From the NCBI GenBank assembly GCA_963812155.1, contig CAWETW010000002.1, positions 64,001 to 128,000 on the forward strand: 64,000 bases of DNA, given 5' to 3'. The stretch comes from Vulcanimicrobiota bacterium (GTDB lineage: Bacteria > Vulcanimicrobiota > Vulcanimicrobiia > Vulcanimicrobiales > Vulcanimicrobiaceae). The position numbers were made by a program, and so were the translations under genes. The notes beneath the pieces were generated by a model. That model was given only the letters and a program-made list of their open reading frames with translations, was not told the origin of the DNA and did no database searches. Shown here in pieces: positions 17,610 to 28,507 of the stretch (the first letter of the stretch is position 1; each line of letters starts with the position of its first letter).

Positions 17610-18923
17610 TTGACGTATCATCCCGTCGTCGATCGGTTCGCGATCCCAGTCGCGCTCGATCCGTGGTCGGCGACCATTTTCGTCGCGCTCTTCGCGGCCG
17701 TCGCGGTCGTGACGATTCGCCGGCCGGCATACGGACTCTGCGCGCTGGTGCTCGTCACGCCGTTCGCTCTATCGCGCGACGTCGCCGGAACGACGGTCAC
17801 GCTGCCGAAAGCGGCGCTGCTCGGGCTGCTGGCCGGTCTCGCTTCACACCCCGAAGCGCTTGCGCGGCTGCGCGCCCGGCCGATGCCGCTGCTGTTGTGT
17901 GCGATCGGCGCGTACGTGGCGCTCACGGCCGCGACCGCGTTCGTCGCCGTGCATCCAGGCGCGGCCGTGCGCGAAACGCTGAAGTTTACCGAATACGGTC
18001 TGATGCTCGCCGCGGCGTATCTCTGCTTTCGAATCGATCCCGACGATACGGCCGTCGCCGGAGCGTTCGCCGTCGCCGCAATCGCCGTCGCACTCAGCGC
18101 GCTCGCGCAGGAGTTCACCGGCGCGCCTTCCGGACTCTACGTCGGCAACGCGATCGTACCGCGCATCGCCGGAGTCTTGGAAGGGCCCAATCAGCTGGCC
18201 GGATACTTTCAAGTTGCGATCGCCGCACTTGGCGCGTGGACGCTGGTCCGCCGGTCGGCGCTGACCGATGCCGCCCTCGCATTGGCGACGTGCGCCGACG
18301 TGCTGACGTTCTCGCGCGCGGGGATATTCGGACTGGCAGTCGTCGGCGTCGTGCTGATCGTCGCGGGCGGCAGGCCTGCGCTGCGTGCGCTGCGTCCGGC
18401 GTATCTCGGTCTGGCCGCCGGACTCGCGGTCGTCGGGTGGTGGGCGTATTACGCGCACACCGCCGACGTGCTGCGCGTTTCGCTCGAAGAGAGCGCCTAC
18501 GCCGGCGGCGTCGGCGACCGCCGCGAACTCTGGGGCGCCGCGTGGCGCATGTGGCGCGCGCATCCGCTGCTCGGCGTGGGTGCGGGAAACTACGAGTTGG
18601 AACTGCCCGCATACGGCGTGAGCGGCGTTCGCACGCACGCGAACAGTTGGTTTCTGCAATCGCTCGCGGAAGGCGGGATCGCACTGTTTCTCGCGACGGT
18701 CGCGCTGGTTGCGGCGATCGTTGGTTCGTTTGCGCGGCGCGTCCGGGACGGTTCGCCGTGGGTGCTCGCCGCGCTCGCGGCGGCAATCGCGTTGACCGTC
18801 CATCAGATCGCCGACTACCTGGTGTTCTATCCTAAAGTCGGCGCGGCGTGGTTCGTGCTCGCCGGCATTGCAGCGGCCGCGGCAAACGGCGCGCGCGCCG
18901 CGGCTGCGCGGGGCGCAGGCTGA
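17610..18923 (+). CDS. O-antigen ligase/Wzy_C family membrane protein
   Basis: RIAGVLEGPNQLAGY, TFSRAG, HPLLGVGAGNY, HANSWFLQSLAEGG. Confidence 0.85.
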   Translation: MTYHPVVDRFAIPVALDPWSATIFVALFAAVAVVTIRRPAYGLCALVLVTPFALSRDVAGTTVTLPKAALLGLLAGLASHPEALARLRARPMPLLLCAIGAYVALTAATAFVAVHPGAAVRETLKFTEYGLMLAAAYLCFRIDPDDTAVAGAFAVAAIAVALSALAQEFTGAPSGLYVGNAIVPRIAGVLEGPNQLAGYFQVAIAALGAWTLVRRSALTDAALALATCADVLTFSRAGIFGLAVVGVVLIVAGGRPALRALRPAYLGLAAGLAVVGWWAYYAHTADVLRVSLEESAYAGGVGDRRELWGAAWRMWRAHPLLGVGAGNYELELPAYGVSGVRTHANSWFLQSLAEGGIALFLATVALVAAIVGSFARRVRDGSPWVLAALAAAIALTVHQIADYLVFYPKVGAAWFVLAGIAAAAANGARAAAARGAG

Positions 18924-20287
18924 AAGCGCTTCGCGTCGCGCTCGCGATTCCGGCCGCACTGCTGGTCGCCGCGATCGCGCAGCGCCTGCTGCTCGCGCAG
19001 GTCGCACCCCAGGTGGCCGTCGCCCTCGCGCAACCGCTTCCAGTCGTCACCAGTTGGGGCGGTCTCGGTGCGGCGGCGTTTTGCGTGCTCGCACTCGCAC
19101 TCGCCGCGGGCGGCATCGCGTACGCGCGCATCGTCGCGCGCGGCACGTGCTCCGCCGGCCTGACGACGCCGCTCGGCGTTGCGGCGCTGTGCGCGTTTGC
19201 AGTTGCGTGCGCGTGGGCGGCGCCGGCCGTCTTTTCGAGCGACGCATATGCCTACGCGGTATACGGCGAGTTGCTGCGCCTTGGTGCCGATCCGTACGCG
19301 CACCGCGTGCTGCCGAGCGGCAATCCGATCTTCGACGCCGCCATCGTGCAGTGGGGAAACCCGCCGCCGGTCTGCGTCTATGGGCCGCTCTTCGTCGCGC
19401 TTGCTTCGGCGATCGTTTCGGTAACGGCATCGTTCGGCACGGCGGCGACGCTAAGCGGATTCCGCGCGGCGTCGTCGGCAGCGCTGGCGGCCTGTGCGCT
19501 GCTGGCGTACGCCGCATATCCCGGCGGCCGGCGCGAGCGTCTCACCGCAGCGGCGACGATCGCGCTCAATCCGGTCGCAATCTGGTGCGCCGCCGAGGGC
19601 CACAACGACGCCCTGGCGCTCGCCGTCGTGCTGGCGGGCGTCGCGGTTGCACGTCGCGGATACGTGCAGCTCGGCGCGCTGCTGTCGTCGTGCGCCGGCC
19701 TTGTGAAACTCCCGGCGGTTGCCGGATCGCTGCCGCCAGCGTTCTTGGGCGGATGGCTGGGCGCGATCGGTGGTGCCGTGCTGGCGCTGGCGTTTTCGCT
19801 CCCCTTCTTCCGCGGCGTTACGACGCAGCTGGCGCCGCACGCCCACTACGCGCCGCAAGCCTCCTTTCAAGCATTCGTCGAACCGCTCGCGCGGGCGATT
19901 GCAGGCTCGAACGCCATCGCAGAGGGGGTTGCGTGGACGTTCGCCGGTTGCGCGGCTGCGGCGCTCGTGTGGGCCGCGCTTGCGCGTTTGCGCCGAGGCG
20001 ATCGCGAGGGTTGGCTCTATGCGGCGCTCGCCGGTTGGCTGCTGGTGCCCAATCCCTATCCGTGGTACGGGGTGTGGCTGGCAGCCATTGCCGCGATCGC
20101 ACCGGGCACGCGCGCGGCCGCGACCCTGCTGGCATTGACGCTCGCGGCCGTGCTGCGCTACTTTCCCGACGCCGTCTACCCGGGAACCCCGATGCCGGTT
20201 GCGTGGCTCGGGCTGATTGCGACGCTGCCGTTTTTACTGCTGCTTCCGCGTCGAGCCGCGTTTGGTATAATCAACCGCTCACCATGA
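18920..20287 (+). CDS. MptA/MptB-like (GT87) polyprenol-phosphosugar-dependent membrane glycosyltransferase
   Basis: FSSDAYAYAVYG...DPY, VYGPLF, ALNP, EGHNDAL, YPWY motifs. Start placed at the CTGA overlap with the upstream stop (alternatives GTG 18848 or 19013). Confidence 0.78.
   Translation: MKALRVALAIPAALLVAAIAQRLLLAQVAPQVAVALAQPLPVVTSWGGLGAAAFCVLALALAAGGIAYARIVARGTCSAGLTTPLGVAALCAFAVACAWAAPAVFSSDAYAYAVYGELLRLGADPYAHRVLPSGNPIFDAAIVQWGNPPPVCVYGPLFVALASAIVSVTASFGTAATLSGFRAASSAALAACALLAYAAYPGGRRERLTAAATIALNPVAIWCAAEGHNDALALAVVLAGVAVARRGYVQLGALLSSCAGLVKLPAVAGSLPPAFLGGWLGAIGGAVLALAFSLPFFRGVTTQLAPHAHYAPQASFQAFVEPLARAIAGSNAIAEGVAWTFAGCAAAALVWAALARLRRGDREGWLYAALAGWLLVPNPYPWYGVWLAAIAAIAPGTRAAATLLALTLAAVLRYFPDAVYPGTPMPVAWLGLIATLPFLLLLPRRAAFGIINRSP
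20263..20271 (+). promoter_or_regulatory. Extended -10 promoter element (TGgTATAAT) for mfd
   Basis: Perfect TATAAT with a TG extension, 12 nt upstream of the mfd ATG, in otherwise GC-rich sequence. Confidence 0.55.
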
Positions 20288-23200
20288 CCACCGCCGATCT
20301 CACAGCGCCGCCGGACCGCGCGCACGGCTCCCTGCACGATGCGCTCGTGCGGCATCTGACGACCTCGAGCCGCTCGATGTCGGCCCTTCTCGGGCGCTTG
20401 CGCGAGTTGCGCGCACTGCCCGGGAAAAAACCCGGTTCGTACGCGCTGCACGAAACGGCCACCGCGGCGCGCTCCGGCACTGCTCGCCGCCGTACAGCGC
20501 GCGCTGGGCGGCACGCTGCTCGTTCTGGTTCCAACGCCGGATGCGGCCGAGCGCATTTTCGCCGACCTGCTTTTCTATCTCGGCGAAGAAGATCCGCAGA
20601 CGCCCGCCTTGCTGCGCTCGCGCGACGAAGCGCTCGGCGCGATCGAAAGCCCGTCCGAGCGCAGCGCACGCATGACGCTGCTCGCCGATTTGACGGCCGG
20701 AGCCGCGCGCATCGTCCTCGCTCCAATCGCGGCGGTGCGCCAATATCTCATGCCGCGCGCGCTGTTCGACGAGCTCCGGTTTTCCGTGCGCTCGGGCGAG
20801 TCGCCGGGTTTCGAGCGAATTCAAGAACGGCTCTACGCAATGGGCTACGATCGCTGCGACGTGGTGAGCGCTGCCGGCGAATATGCCGTGCGCGGCGGCA
20901 TCATCGACGTCTTCCCCGGCAACGCCGGCGCGCCGGTCCGCGTCGAGTTCTTCGGCGACGAGATCGACAGCATCCGCAGTTTCGCCGTCGATACCCAACG
21001 CAGCACCGGTAGCCTCCAGTCGGTCGAGATCGTGCCGTGGTCGCAGATACCGCGCGACGAACGGTACCGCCGGCGCATCCTCGAGCGGTTCGACGGGCCG
21101 CAAGCCGCACGTCGCGAGCTCGGAGCGTTCTTGAGTGCGAACGCCGACGTTCCCGAAACGTGGCTTCCGCTGGCGTTCGAGCGGCGCGCGACGATCTTCG
21201 ATTATCTGCCCGAAGATGCGATCGTGGTGCTCGACGAGCCGGCGATGATCTCATCGATCGCGGCCGCACTCGACGAAGAGCGCACGCGCGAGCAGCACGT
21301 CTTGCTCGCGGCGGTCGAGTCGGGCGAACTGTCGGTCGACGAGAACCACGTCGGCGAAGCGTTGCTCGCTGACGTCGCTGCCGCACCTCCGGCGCTCGGC
21401 GAACTCGGCGAGGCGATCGGACGCCATGCCACGCTCGTCATCCCGGGGGCGATCGAGAACCGGGCCGCGTCGAGTTGGGCGCCGCAAGCGCTCGATGCGT
21501 TCGTTCTCGAGTGCAGTCCCGCCGAACACTTCAACCGCCAGATCGAACTCTTCTCGCGCAGCGTGCGCGATGCGGTCGCCGCGGGCGAGACGATTGCGAT
21601 CGTCAGCACCGCGGTCGGGCGTACGACCGACATCCTGCGCGCCGCCGGCGTTCCAATCGGCGAACGCCTGGGCAGCGGCTCGGCGGTTGTGGGCGCCGGC
21701 AGCATCGACTCCGGATTCAGCGTTTCCAGCTTGCGCTTGCGCGTGCTCGGCGACCGCGAAATCTACGGCGCCCCGCCCAAGCGCGTGCACATGCGCGCCG
21801 TCAAGGAAGGCGTACCGGTCACGCTGGCCGATCTGCGCGTCGGCGATCACGTCGTGCACGCCGTCCACGGGATCGGCCAATATCTCGGTTTGCGCACCGA
21901 AACGATTCTCGGCGCGACGCAAGACTATCTCGATCTCAAATACGCCGGCAGCGACCGGATGCTCGTGCCCGTGACGCAGATGCATCAGATCGCGAAGTAC
22001 TCGGCGGCCGAAGGGCAGAGCCCGCGCCTTTCCAAAATGGGCGGCGCCGATTGGGCGCGCACCAAGGCGCGCGTCGCCGAATCGCTCGGCAAAATCGCCG
22101 ACGGCCTGGTGCAACTCTACGCCGAGCGCGAGCTCGCACGCGGACACGCGTTCGCTGCCGATACGCCCGTGGCAAGTGGAGATGGAAGAAGCGTTTCCCT
22201 ACGAGACGACGCGCGATCAGCAGAAAGCCATCGACGAAACAAAAGTCAATATGGAATCGGCGCGTCCGATGGACCGTCTGGTGTGCGGCGACGTCGGCTA
22301 CGGAAAAACGGAAGTCGCGATGCGCGCGGCGTTCAAGGCGGTCGCCGACAAGAAGCAGGTTGCGGTCCTCGTTCCGACGACGCTGCTGGCCGACCAGCAC
22401 TACCGCACCTTCAGCGCGCGCTTCGCCGGGTTTCCGCTGCGCGTCGAAGAGCTATCTCGCTTTCAGAGCAAAGCCGAGCAGAAACGCATCGTGCGCGAAC
22501 TCGCCGAAGGCAAGGTCGACATCGTCGTCGGCACGCATCGGCTGCTGCAAAAAGACGTCGCCTTCGCGGACCTCGGCCTCATCGTCATCGACGAGGAACA
22601 GCGTTTCGGCGTGATGCACAAGGAGCGCCTCAAGGAGTATCGCGCGAGCGTCGACGTGCTGACGCTTTCGGCCACGCCGATTCCGCGAACGCTGCACATG
22701 TCGCTGCTCGGCGTGCGCGATCTCTCGCTCATTCAAACTCCGCCGAAGAACCGCATGTCGATCAAGACGCTCGTCGTGCCCGCGGGCGATGCGGTCGTCC
22801 AGCATGCCATCGCAGCCGAACTCGACCGCGGCGGCCAGGTGTACTATCTGCACAACCGGATCGAATCGATCTACGCCGTCCGCAACGCGTTGGCCAAACT
22901 CGTCCCGCGCGCGCGCATCGGTGTCGGCCACGGAAAGATGAGCGAAGCGGAGATCGAGCCGGTGATGCAAGCCTTCATCGACGGCGAACTCGACGTGCTC
23001 GTTGCCACGACGATCATCGAAAACGGCATCGACATCCCCAACGTCAACACGATGCTCGTCAACGACGCCGACAAGTTCGGGCTCGCGCAACTCTATCAAC
23101 TGCGCGGGCGCGTCGGACGCTCGAATCACCAGGCGTACTGTTATCTGCTCTATCAGGGTCACAAGGCGCTGAGCGAGGAGGCCAAGGCGCGCCTCGAAGC

Positions 23201-23836
23201 GATCCGCGAGTTCACGCACCTCGGTTCCGGATTGCAGATCGCGATGCGCGACCTCGAGATTCGCGGCGCCGGCAACTTGCTCGGCGCGGCGCAGTCGGGA
23301 TTCATCGCGTCGGTCGGTTTCGACACCTACTGCGAAATGCTCGCCGAAGCGATCGCCGAACGTCGCGGCATGAGCGCCGCGCTGGAGGACCGGCGCGAGG
23401 CCGTCATCGACGTGAAGATCAGTGCGTTCGTTCCGAACGACTACATTCCGCAAGTCTCGCAAAAGATTGCCGTGTATCAGCAGCTCGCCAAGGCGCGTAC
23501 GGAGGCCGAGGTCGCGGAGATCGCCGCCGGCGTACGCGATCGCTTCGGTCCGTTTCCGCGGCCGCTCGAGCGCTTGATCGAGCTGACCAAGCTCCGGACG
23601 ATTGCGCTGGCCAAGCACGTAACGCGGGTGGTCGTCGACGAGACCCGTTTGACGCTTGGGGTCGGATCGGGGTTCGACCTCGATCCCGCCGCGATTCCGA
23701 TTTTTCAGTCGCTGACGAACAATCGCTTCCGGTTCGCGGAAGGCCGCATCCTCGTGGATCTGCCCGCCATACGCGACCGCGACAGCGGGGAAAGCATCTG
23801 GATGCCGCTGCTCCGGGGCTCCTCGAGGCCATGTGA
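20284..23836 (+). CDS. mfd: Transcription-repair coupling factor Mfd, with three single-base frameshifts (~20472, ~22167, ~23816), probably assembly errors
   Basis: [61 protein letters not shown]. Joining the frames gives ~1183 aa ending MPLLRGLLEAM. Confidence 0.93.
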
Positions 23837-23962
23837 CCGCTTGCTTCGGCGCTCCTGAGAGTTCGCCGAGAGGAGGGCCGGGATTGCGCACGAACCTGCG
23901 GAACGAACTGCGGGGCGCGCGCCCCGCCTGTTACACACTGCTCTTTTTCCTTGGAGCCGACA

Positions 23963-24904
23963 ATGTCGAAAGCCCAACGGGTCATCGCGGGCCTTGGCGC
24001 CCTGCTTCTCGGTGCCGCGCTCGCGGCATGCGCGGGCAACGCCGTCGCAACGGTCAACGGTGAACCGATCAGCAAATCCGCGTTCGAAGATAAACTCGAA
24101 TCCAGCCCGGGCGCGCGCAGTACGCTGCAGCAGATGGTGCAGGAGACGCTGATCCTTCAGTACGCCAAGAAAAACAACATCAACGTCACCGACGACGAGA
24201 TCGTGCAACGCGAGAACGATCTCAAGGCAAACTTTCCGAACGGATCGTGGGACGAGATGCTCAAGGCGCGCGGACTCAGCGAAGACGACGTTCGCGAGGC
24301 GCTGCGCGAGCAGATCATTCTCGACAAGGCGCTGGCAAATCGGGTGAACGTCACGCCGGCGCAAATCAAGTCGTACTTCGATAAGAACCACGCGGCGTTC
24401 GACAAGCCCGAGCAGATCAAGGCGCGCCACATCCTCGTGAAGGATTTGGCGACCGCGCAAAAAGTCGAAGGCCTGTTGAAATCGGGACAAAACTTCAACG
24501 ACGTCGCGAAGCAGTATTCGACGGATCCCGGCAGCAAGGACAAAGGCGGCGAACTCGGATTCTTCCGGCGCGGCCAAATGGTGCCGGCGTTCGATCAAGT
24601 CGCGTTCTCGTTGAAGCCCAATCAGGTCAGCCAACCGGTGAAGTCGCCGTTCGGCTATCACGTCATCCAGGTCGAAGCCGTACAGCCGGCGGTGAAAGCG
24701 ACGCTCGCGAGCGCGACGCCGCGCATCACCGACATGTTGCGCCAGCAGCAAGAAGCGCCGCTGATCCAGCCGTTCCTGCAGGGCTTGCAGCAAACGGCGC
24801 AGATCCAAGTGCTCGATCCGCGCTTCGCGGATCTCTTCCCGTCACCGCCGCCGACGGTACCGCCGGCCGCGTCGATGGCTCCCGCGGCCACACCGACGAA
24901 GTAA
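23963..24904 (+). CDS. prsA: PrsA-like parvulin peptidyl-prolyl isomerase lipoprotein (foldase)
   Basis: Lipobox LAAC; ARHILV, YSTDPGSKDKGGELG, SPFGYHVI. Confidence 0.88.
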   Translation: MSKAQRVIAGLGALLLGAALAACAGNAVATVNGEPISKSAFEDKLESSPGARSTLQQMVQETLILQYAKKNNINVTDDEIVQRENDLKANFPNGSWDEMLKARGLSEDDVREALREQIILDKALANRVNVTPAQIKSYFDKNHAAFDKPEQIKARHILVKDLATAQKVEGLLKSGQNFNDVAKQYSTDPGSKDKGGELGFFRRGQMVPAFDQVAFSLKPNQVSQPVKSPFGYHVIQVEAVQPAVKATLASATPRITDMLRQQQEAPLIQPFLQGLQQTAQIQVLDPRFADLFPSPPPTVPPAASMAPAATPTK

Positions 24905-24923
24905 CCCGGCTCGCGCGATTCTC

Positions 24924-24956
24924 GGAAAGGCCCCGGCAGCACGCCGGGGCCTTTCC
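24924..24956. terminator. Perfect 14-bp hairpin downstream of prsA (probable terminator)
   Basis: GGAAAGGCCCCGGC-AGCAC-GCCGGGGCCTTTCC. Confidence 0.6.
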
Positions 24957-24981
24957 ACTGCGCGCGCGAAGTCGCGAGGCC

Positions 24982-26169
24982 ATGCTGGTGCGCATCGCGG
25001 GCCTCGGACCCGGCGATCCGAGTCTGCTAACCATCGGCGCGGTCGACGCATTGCGTGAGATCGGCGCGGCCGCCGCGCCGCTCGCTCCGCCGGACTTGCG
25101 CGGATATTTGGCTCGCAACGGCGTCGAGATCGTCGGCGGCCTCATCGACGACCCGGCGCTCTTCGTGGCCGGCGTTGCCGACGAACTCGGGCGCTTCGCC
25201 GATCGAGTCAGCACCCGCGGGCATGCGCTCGGGTTGGCCATCCTCGGAAATCCGCTTTCGGACTTTCCCGGCCTCGCGCAGCTGCTGCGCGCGCTCGACC
25301 ACGCCGGCGTTGCGACCGAGATCGTGCCGGGCATGCCGCGTGCGACGCTGTCGGCGGCGATGGCCTTGCCGCTCGTGCCGCTTCCGCCGCAATCGGCGCA
25401 GTATTCGTTCGACGATCTCGTCGAGATCATGGCGCGGTTGCGGATGGGGTGTCCGTGGGACCGCGAGCAGACGCATCGCACGCTCGTTCCGTACCTCATC
25501 GAGGAGACGTTCGAGGTGGTCGAAGCCGTCGAGAGCGGCGACCTAGACGCGCTGTGCGAGGAGCTGGGCGACCTGCTGCTGCAGATCGTCTTCCATTCGC
25601 AAATCGCCACCGAGACCGGAAAGTTCGGCGTCGCCGACGTCGTCAACGCGCTTTCGAACAAGATGGTGCGCCGCCATCCGCACGTCTTCGGCGATGCGGT
25701 CATCGAAGACGTCGACGCACAGTGGCGCAACTGGGAACGTCTCAAAGCGATGGAAAAGACCGGCCGCGCGCGCAAGAGCCGGCTCGACGGCATTCCCAAA
25801 CATCTGGGCGCGCTGCAGCGCGGTCAACGAATGCAAGAGAAGGCGTCGCGGGTCGGTTTCGACTGGCCGGCCGTCTCCGGAATTCTCGACAAGCTCGCGG
25901 AGGAGGTGCGCGAACTCGCCGATGCGCGCCGCGAAAAACAGGACGACGCCCGGGTACGCGAAGAGCTCGGCGACGTCTTCTTTACGCTGGTGAACCTTTC
26001 GCGCGCCCTCGGCATCGACGCCGAGACGGCGATGCGCCAAGCCAACGAAAAGTTCTATCGGCGTTTCAGCTTCATGGAAGAACGTGCCGCCGCCGGCGGG
26101 AAGACTCTTTCCGACCTTTCGCTCGACGAACTCGAGGAACTGTGGCAACTGGCGAAGACGCCGGCGTAG
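24982..26169 (+). CDS. mazG: MazG nucleoside triphosphate pyrophosphohydrolase with a shortened tetrapyrrole-methylase-like N-terminal domain (YabN-like)
   Basis: [12 protein letters not shown]-terminus; [30 protein letters not shown]. Confidence 0.9.
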   Translation: MLVRIAGLGPGDPSLLTIGAVDALREIGAAAAPLAPPDLRGYLARNGVEIVGGLIDDPALFVAGVADELGRFADRVSTRGHALGLAILGNPLSDFPGLAQLLRALDHAGVATEIVPGMPRATLSAAMALPLVPLPPQSAQYSFDDLVEIMARLRMGCPWDREQTHRTLVPYLIEETFEVVEAVESGDLDALCEELGDLLLQIVFHSQIATETGKFGVADVVNALSNKMVRRHPHVFGDAVIEDVDAQWRNWERLKAMEKTGRARKSRLDGIPKHLGALQRGQRMQEKASRVGFDWPAVSGILDKLAEEVRELADARREKQDDARVREELGDVFFTLVNLSRALGIDAETAMRQANEKFYRRFSFMEERAAAGGKTLSDLSLDELEELWQLAKTPA

Positions 26170-26543
26170 CGACGATACGGTTGCGCATGAGCGCGCACGA
26201 CGCTCACTACGGCGGAAATCTCGTGGACGGCGCGCGCATGCTCGCACTCTTCGGCGACGTCGCGACCGAACTGCTGATCCGCCTCGACGGCGACGAAGGG
26301 CTCTTCGTCGCGTACGACACGGTGGAGTTCGTCGCGCCGGTCTACGCCGGCGATTACATCGAAGCCGAAGGCAGGATCGTCAACGTCGGCAACACCTCCC
26401 GCCGCATGGAGTTCGAAGCGCGTAAGGTCATTGCGGCGCGTCCCGACGTCAACGACAGCGCCGGCGACGTTCTCGAACCGCCCGTCGTCGTATGCCGCGC
26501 CAGCGGCACGTGCGTCACGCCAAAATCCAAAAAACGCCGCTGA
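26142..26543 (+). CDS. kal: 3-aminobutyryl-CoA ammonia lyase (hotdog fold)
   Basis: [44 protein letters not shown]...[11 protein letters not shown] is the Kal signature as I recall it. Start placed at GTG 26142 after GAGGA. Confidence 0.82.
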   Translation: MATGEDAGVATIRLRMSAHDAHYGGNLVDGARMLALFGDVATELLIRLDGDEGLFVAYDTVEFVAPVYAGDYIEAEGRIVNVGNTSRRMEFEARKVIAARPDVNDSAGDVLEPPVVVCRASGTCVTPKSKKRR

Positions 26544-26588
26544 GCCGCGGGCGTGCGGCATCACGGGCGCGGCGCGATACGTTAGGGA

Positions 26589-27980
26589 CTATACCAAGCG
26601 TTCGTGGGTTTTGCGTTTCCAGACGAACTCGTAGTAGCAATACTGCAGGACGAGCCCCGTGCAGAATGCGATCGGGTAGCCCATCCACACGCCCTCGATG
26701 CCGACGCGATGCATGAGCAGGTAGGCCGCGGGAACTTCGACGCCCCAAATCGCGAAGATGCCGATGACCGTCGGCCACAGCACGGTGCCACTGCCGCGCA
26801 TGACGCCGCTGAGCACGGCGGAGTTGCCGAAAACCGCGTAGCTCCACAGCGTAATCATCAGCAGGCCGTGCGCGATGACGAGCGTCTGCGGATCGGTGAT
26901 GAACGCGCCCAAGATGTTCCATGCGAAGACGTAACAGAGCCCGATGATGATCGCGCCGACGGCATAGTTGAGGCCGACCGCCGAACGGATCACCGATCCG
27001 AGCTTATCCTCGCGGCGCGCACCGATGCATTGGGCGCCAAAGATCGAAGCGGCGATGCCGATTGAAATAGCCGGAAACTGCACGTAACTGACGACTTGAT
27101 TGACCGCGCCGTACGCAGCGGTCGCGCGCGATCCGAAGTGGTTGACGAACGAGATCACCGCGATTTCCGCTAGGGAAACCATCATCACTTGGATCCCGGT
27201 CGGAACGCCGATCTTGACGACTCGGTAGAGAATGCTCCAATCGATCCGCATGTCGGAGAGCGTTTCGCGGTCGAACTTGAGCGGATGATTGTGGCGCGCG
27301 AGGTGTACCACCAGCCATCCGAGCGCCGCGGCGTTCGCGATAAGTCCGGCGACCGCGGCGCTCACGACGCCCAGTTTCGGCAGTCCCAGCCAACCGAGAA
27401 TGAACAACGGCGTAATCGCGATCGCGAGCGCGGCCGACACGATTAACGAGAAAAACGGGGTCGACGAGTCACCGGTTCCGCGCAAGATCGTCACGTAGAC
27501 GAAGTACACGAAGAAGATCGGCATGGTAAGGAAGATGACTTTCGCGTAGGCATCCGACTGTGCCAAGATGTCGTGCGGCGTGCCGAGCCACGACAGCAGC
27601 ACCGGCGATCCGACGCTTCCTAGGATTGCGACGAAGATTCCGAGATAGAGCCCCGCGCCGAGCACCGTCCCGGCAATCTTCTTCACCAGATGATGGTCGC
27701 GCGCGCCGAAGGCCTGGCCCACGAGGACCGTACCGCCGCTCGAAACGCCGAAGACGAACGAGAACAGCAAAAAGATGACGGGAAAGACGGCCGAAACGGC
27801 GCCTAACGCTTGCGTGGAAATCAAGCGTCCGATCCAGATGCTGGCCATCGTTTGCGACGCCGACTGCACGACGTTGCTGAGCATGAGCGGAATAAGAAAA
27901 ACGAGCAGGAGCCGCCACATCGGGCGGCTCTCGTCGAAAACGTTTACGCCTGGACGCCGGGCGGCCGAGGCCTGCGCCAT
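26589..27980 (-). CDS. MATE family efflux transporter
   Basis: FLIPLMLSNVVQ, ILRGTGDSSTP, MRGSG; about 12 TM segments. Confidence 0.9.
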   Translation of the reverse strand: MAQASAARRPGVNVFDESRPMWRLLLVFLIPLMLSNVVQSASQTMASIWIGRLISTQALGAVSAVFPVIFLLFSFVFGVSSGGTVLVGQAFGARDHHLVKKIAGTVLGAGLYLGIFVAILGSVGSPVLLSWLGTPHDILAQSDAYAKVIFLTMPIFFVYFVYVTILRGTGDSSTPFFSLIVSAALAIAITPLFILGWLGLPKLGVVSAAVAGLIANAAALGWLVVHLARHNHPLKFDRETLSDMRIDWSILYRVVKIGVPTGIQVMMVSLAEIAVISFVNHFGSRATAAYGAVNQVVSYVQFPAISIGIAASIFGAQCIGARREDKLGSVIRSAVGLNYAVGAIIIGLCYVFAWNILGAFITDPQTLVIAHGLLMITLWSYAVFGNSAVLSGVMRGSGTVLWPTVIGIFAIWGVEVPAAYLLMHRVGIEGVWMGYPIAFCTGLVLQYCYYEFVWKRKTHERLV

Positions 27981-27983
27981 GAA

Positions 27984-28499
27984 CTACTCCTGTGCGAGAA
28001 GCGTGTAGATTTCTCGGCGCGTGCGGTCGAGCAAGTCGCGCACACGTTCGATCGTTTCGTTTTTCGAACTCGGTCCCACCTGGGCTACCGCTTGCATCAG
28101 CCTGCCGGCCGACTCGCGCAAGCCACCGTCGGTTTCGCTCTCGGGCGCTTCTTCCTCGTCGTCTTCCTTCTCGAAGAAGCTTCCGAAGTCGACCGCGTGT
28201 CCGCGCAGATGCTCGCGCCCCTTGTCGGTGACTTCATACGTGCGCCGTTCGCCCTCGTCCCTGCCGGTGATGAGGCCTTCCTCCTCGAGCGCTGCGAGCA
28301 GCGGGTAGACCGATCCGGGTCCGCCCGGCCACCCTTTACGGCGAAACTCTCGAATGAGGTCGTATCCGTGTCGCGACTCTTCGGCGAGCAGCTTCAGCAT
28401 CACCAATTTCAAAATGCCCCGCTTGAAACGGCGTCCGTGACGGCGGTGCCGCCCTTCGAACCCCCCGCCCCAGCCGGGCGCGTACCAAAATGGGTTCAT
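27984..28499 (-). CDS. PadR family transcriptional regulator
   Basis: LLAEESRHGYDLI, PGSVYPLLAALEEEG, YEVTDKG. Confidence 0.9.
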   Translation of the reverse strand: MNPFWYAPGWGGGFEGRHRRHGRRFKRGILKLVMLKLLAEESRHGYDLIREFRRKGWPGGPGSVYPLLAALEEEGLITGRDEGERRTYEVTDKGREHLRGHAVDFGSFFEKEDDEEEAPESETDGGLRESAGRLMQAVAQVGPSSKNETIERVRDLLDRTRREIYTLLAQE

Positions 28500-28507
28500 A
28501 GGTCGGG

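Noticed and set aside
20460..23820. Programmed ribosomal frameshifting in mfd
   Set aside because: No slippery heptamers are present, three separate shifts would be needed, and indel error explains the pattern more simply.
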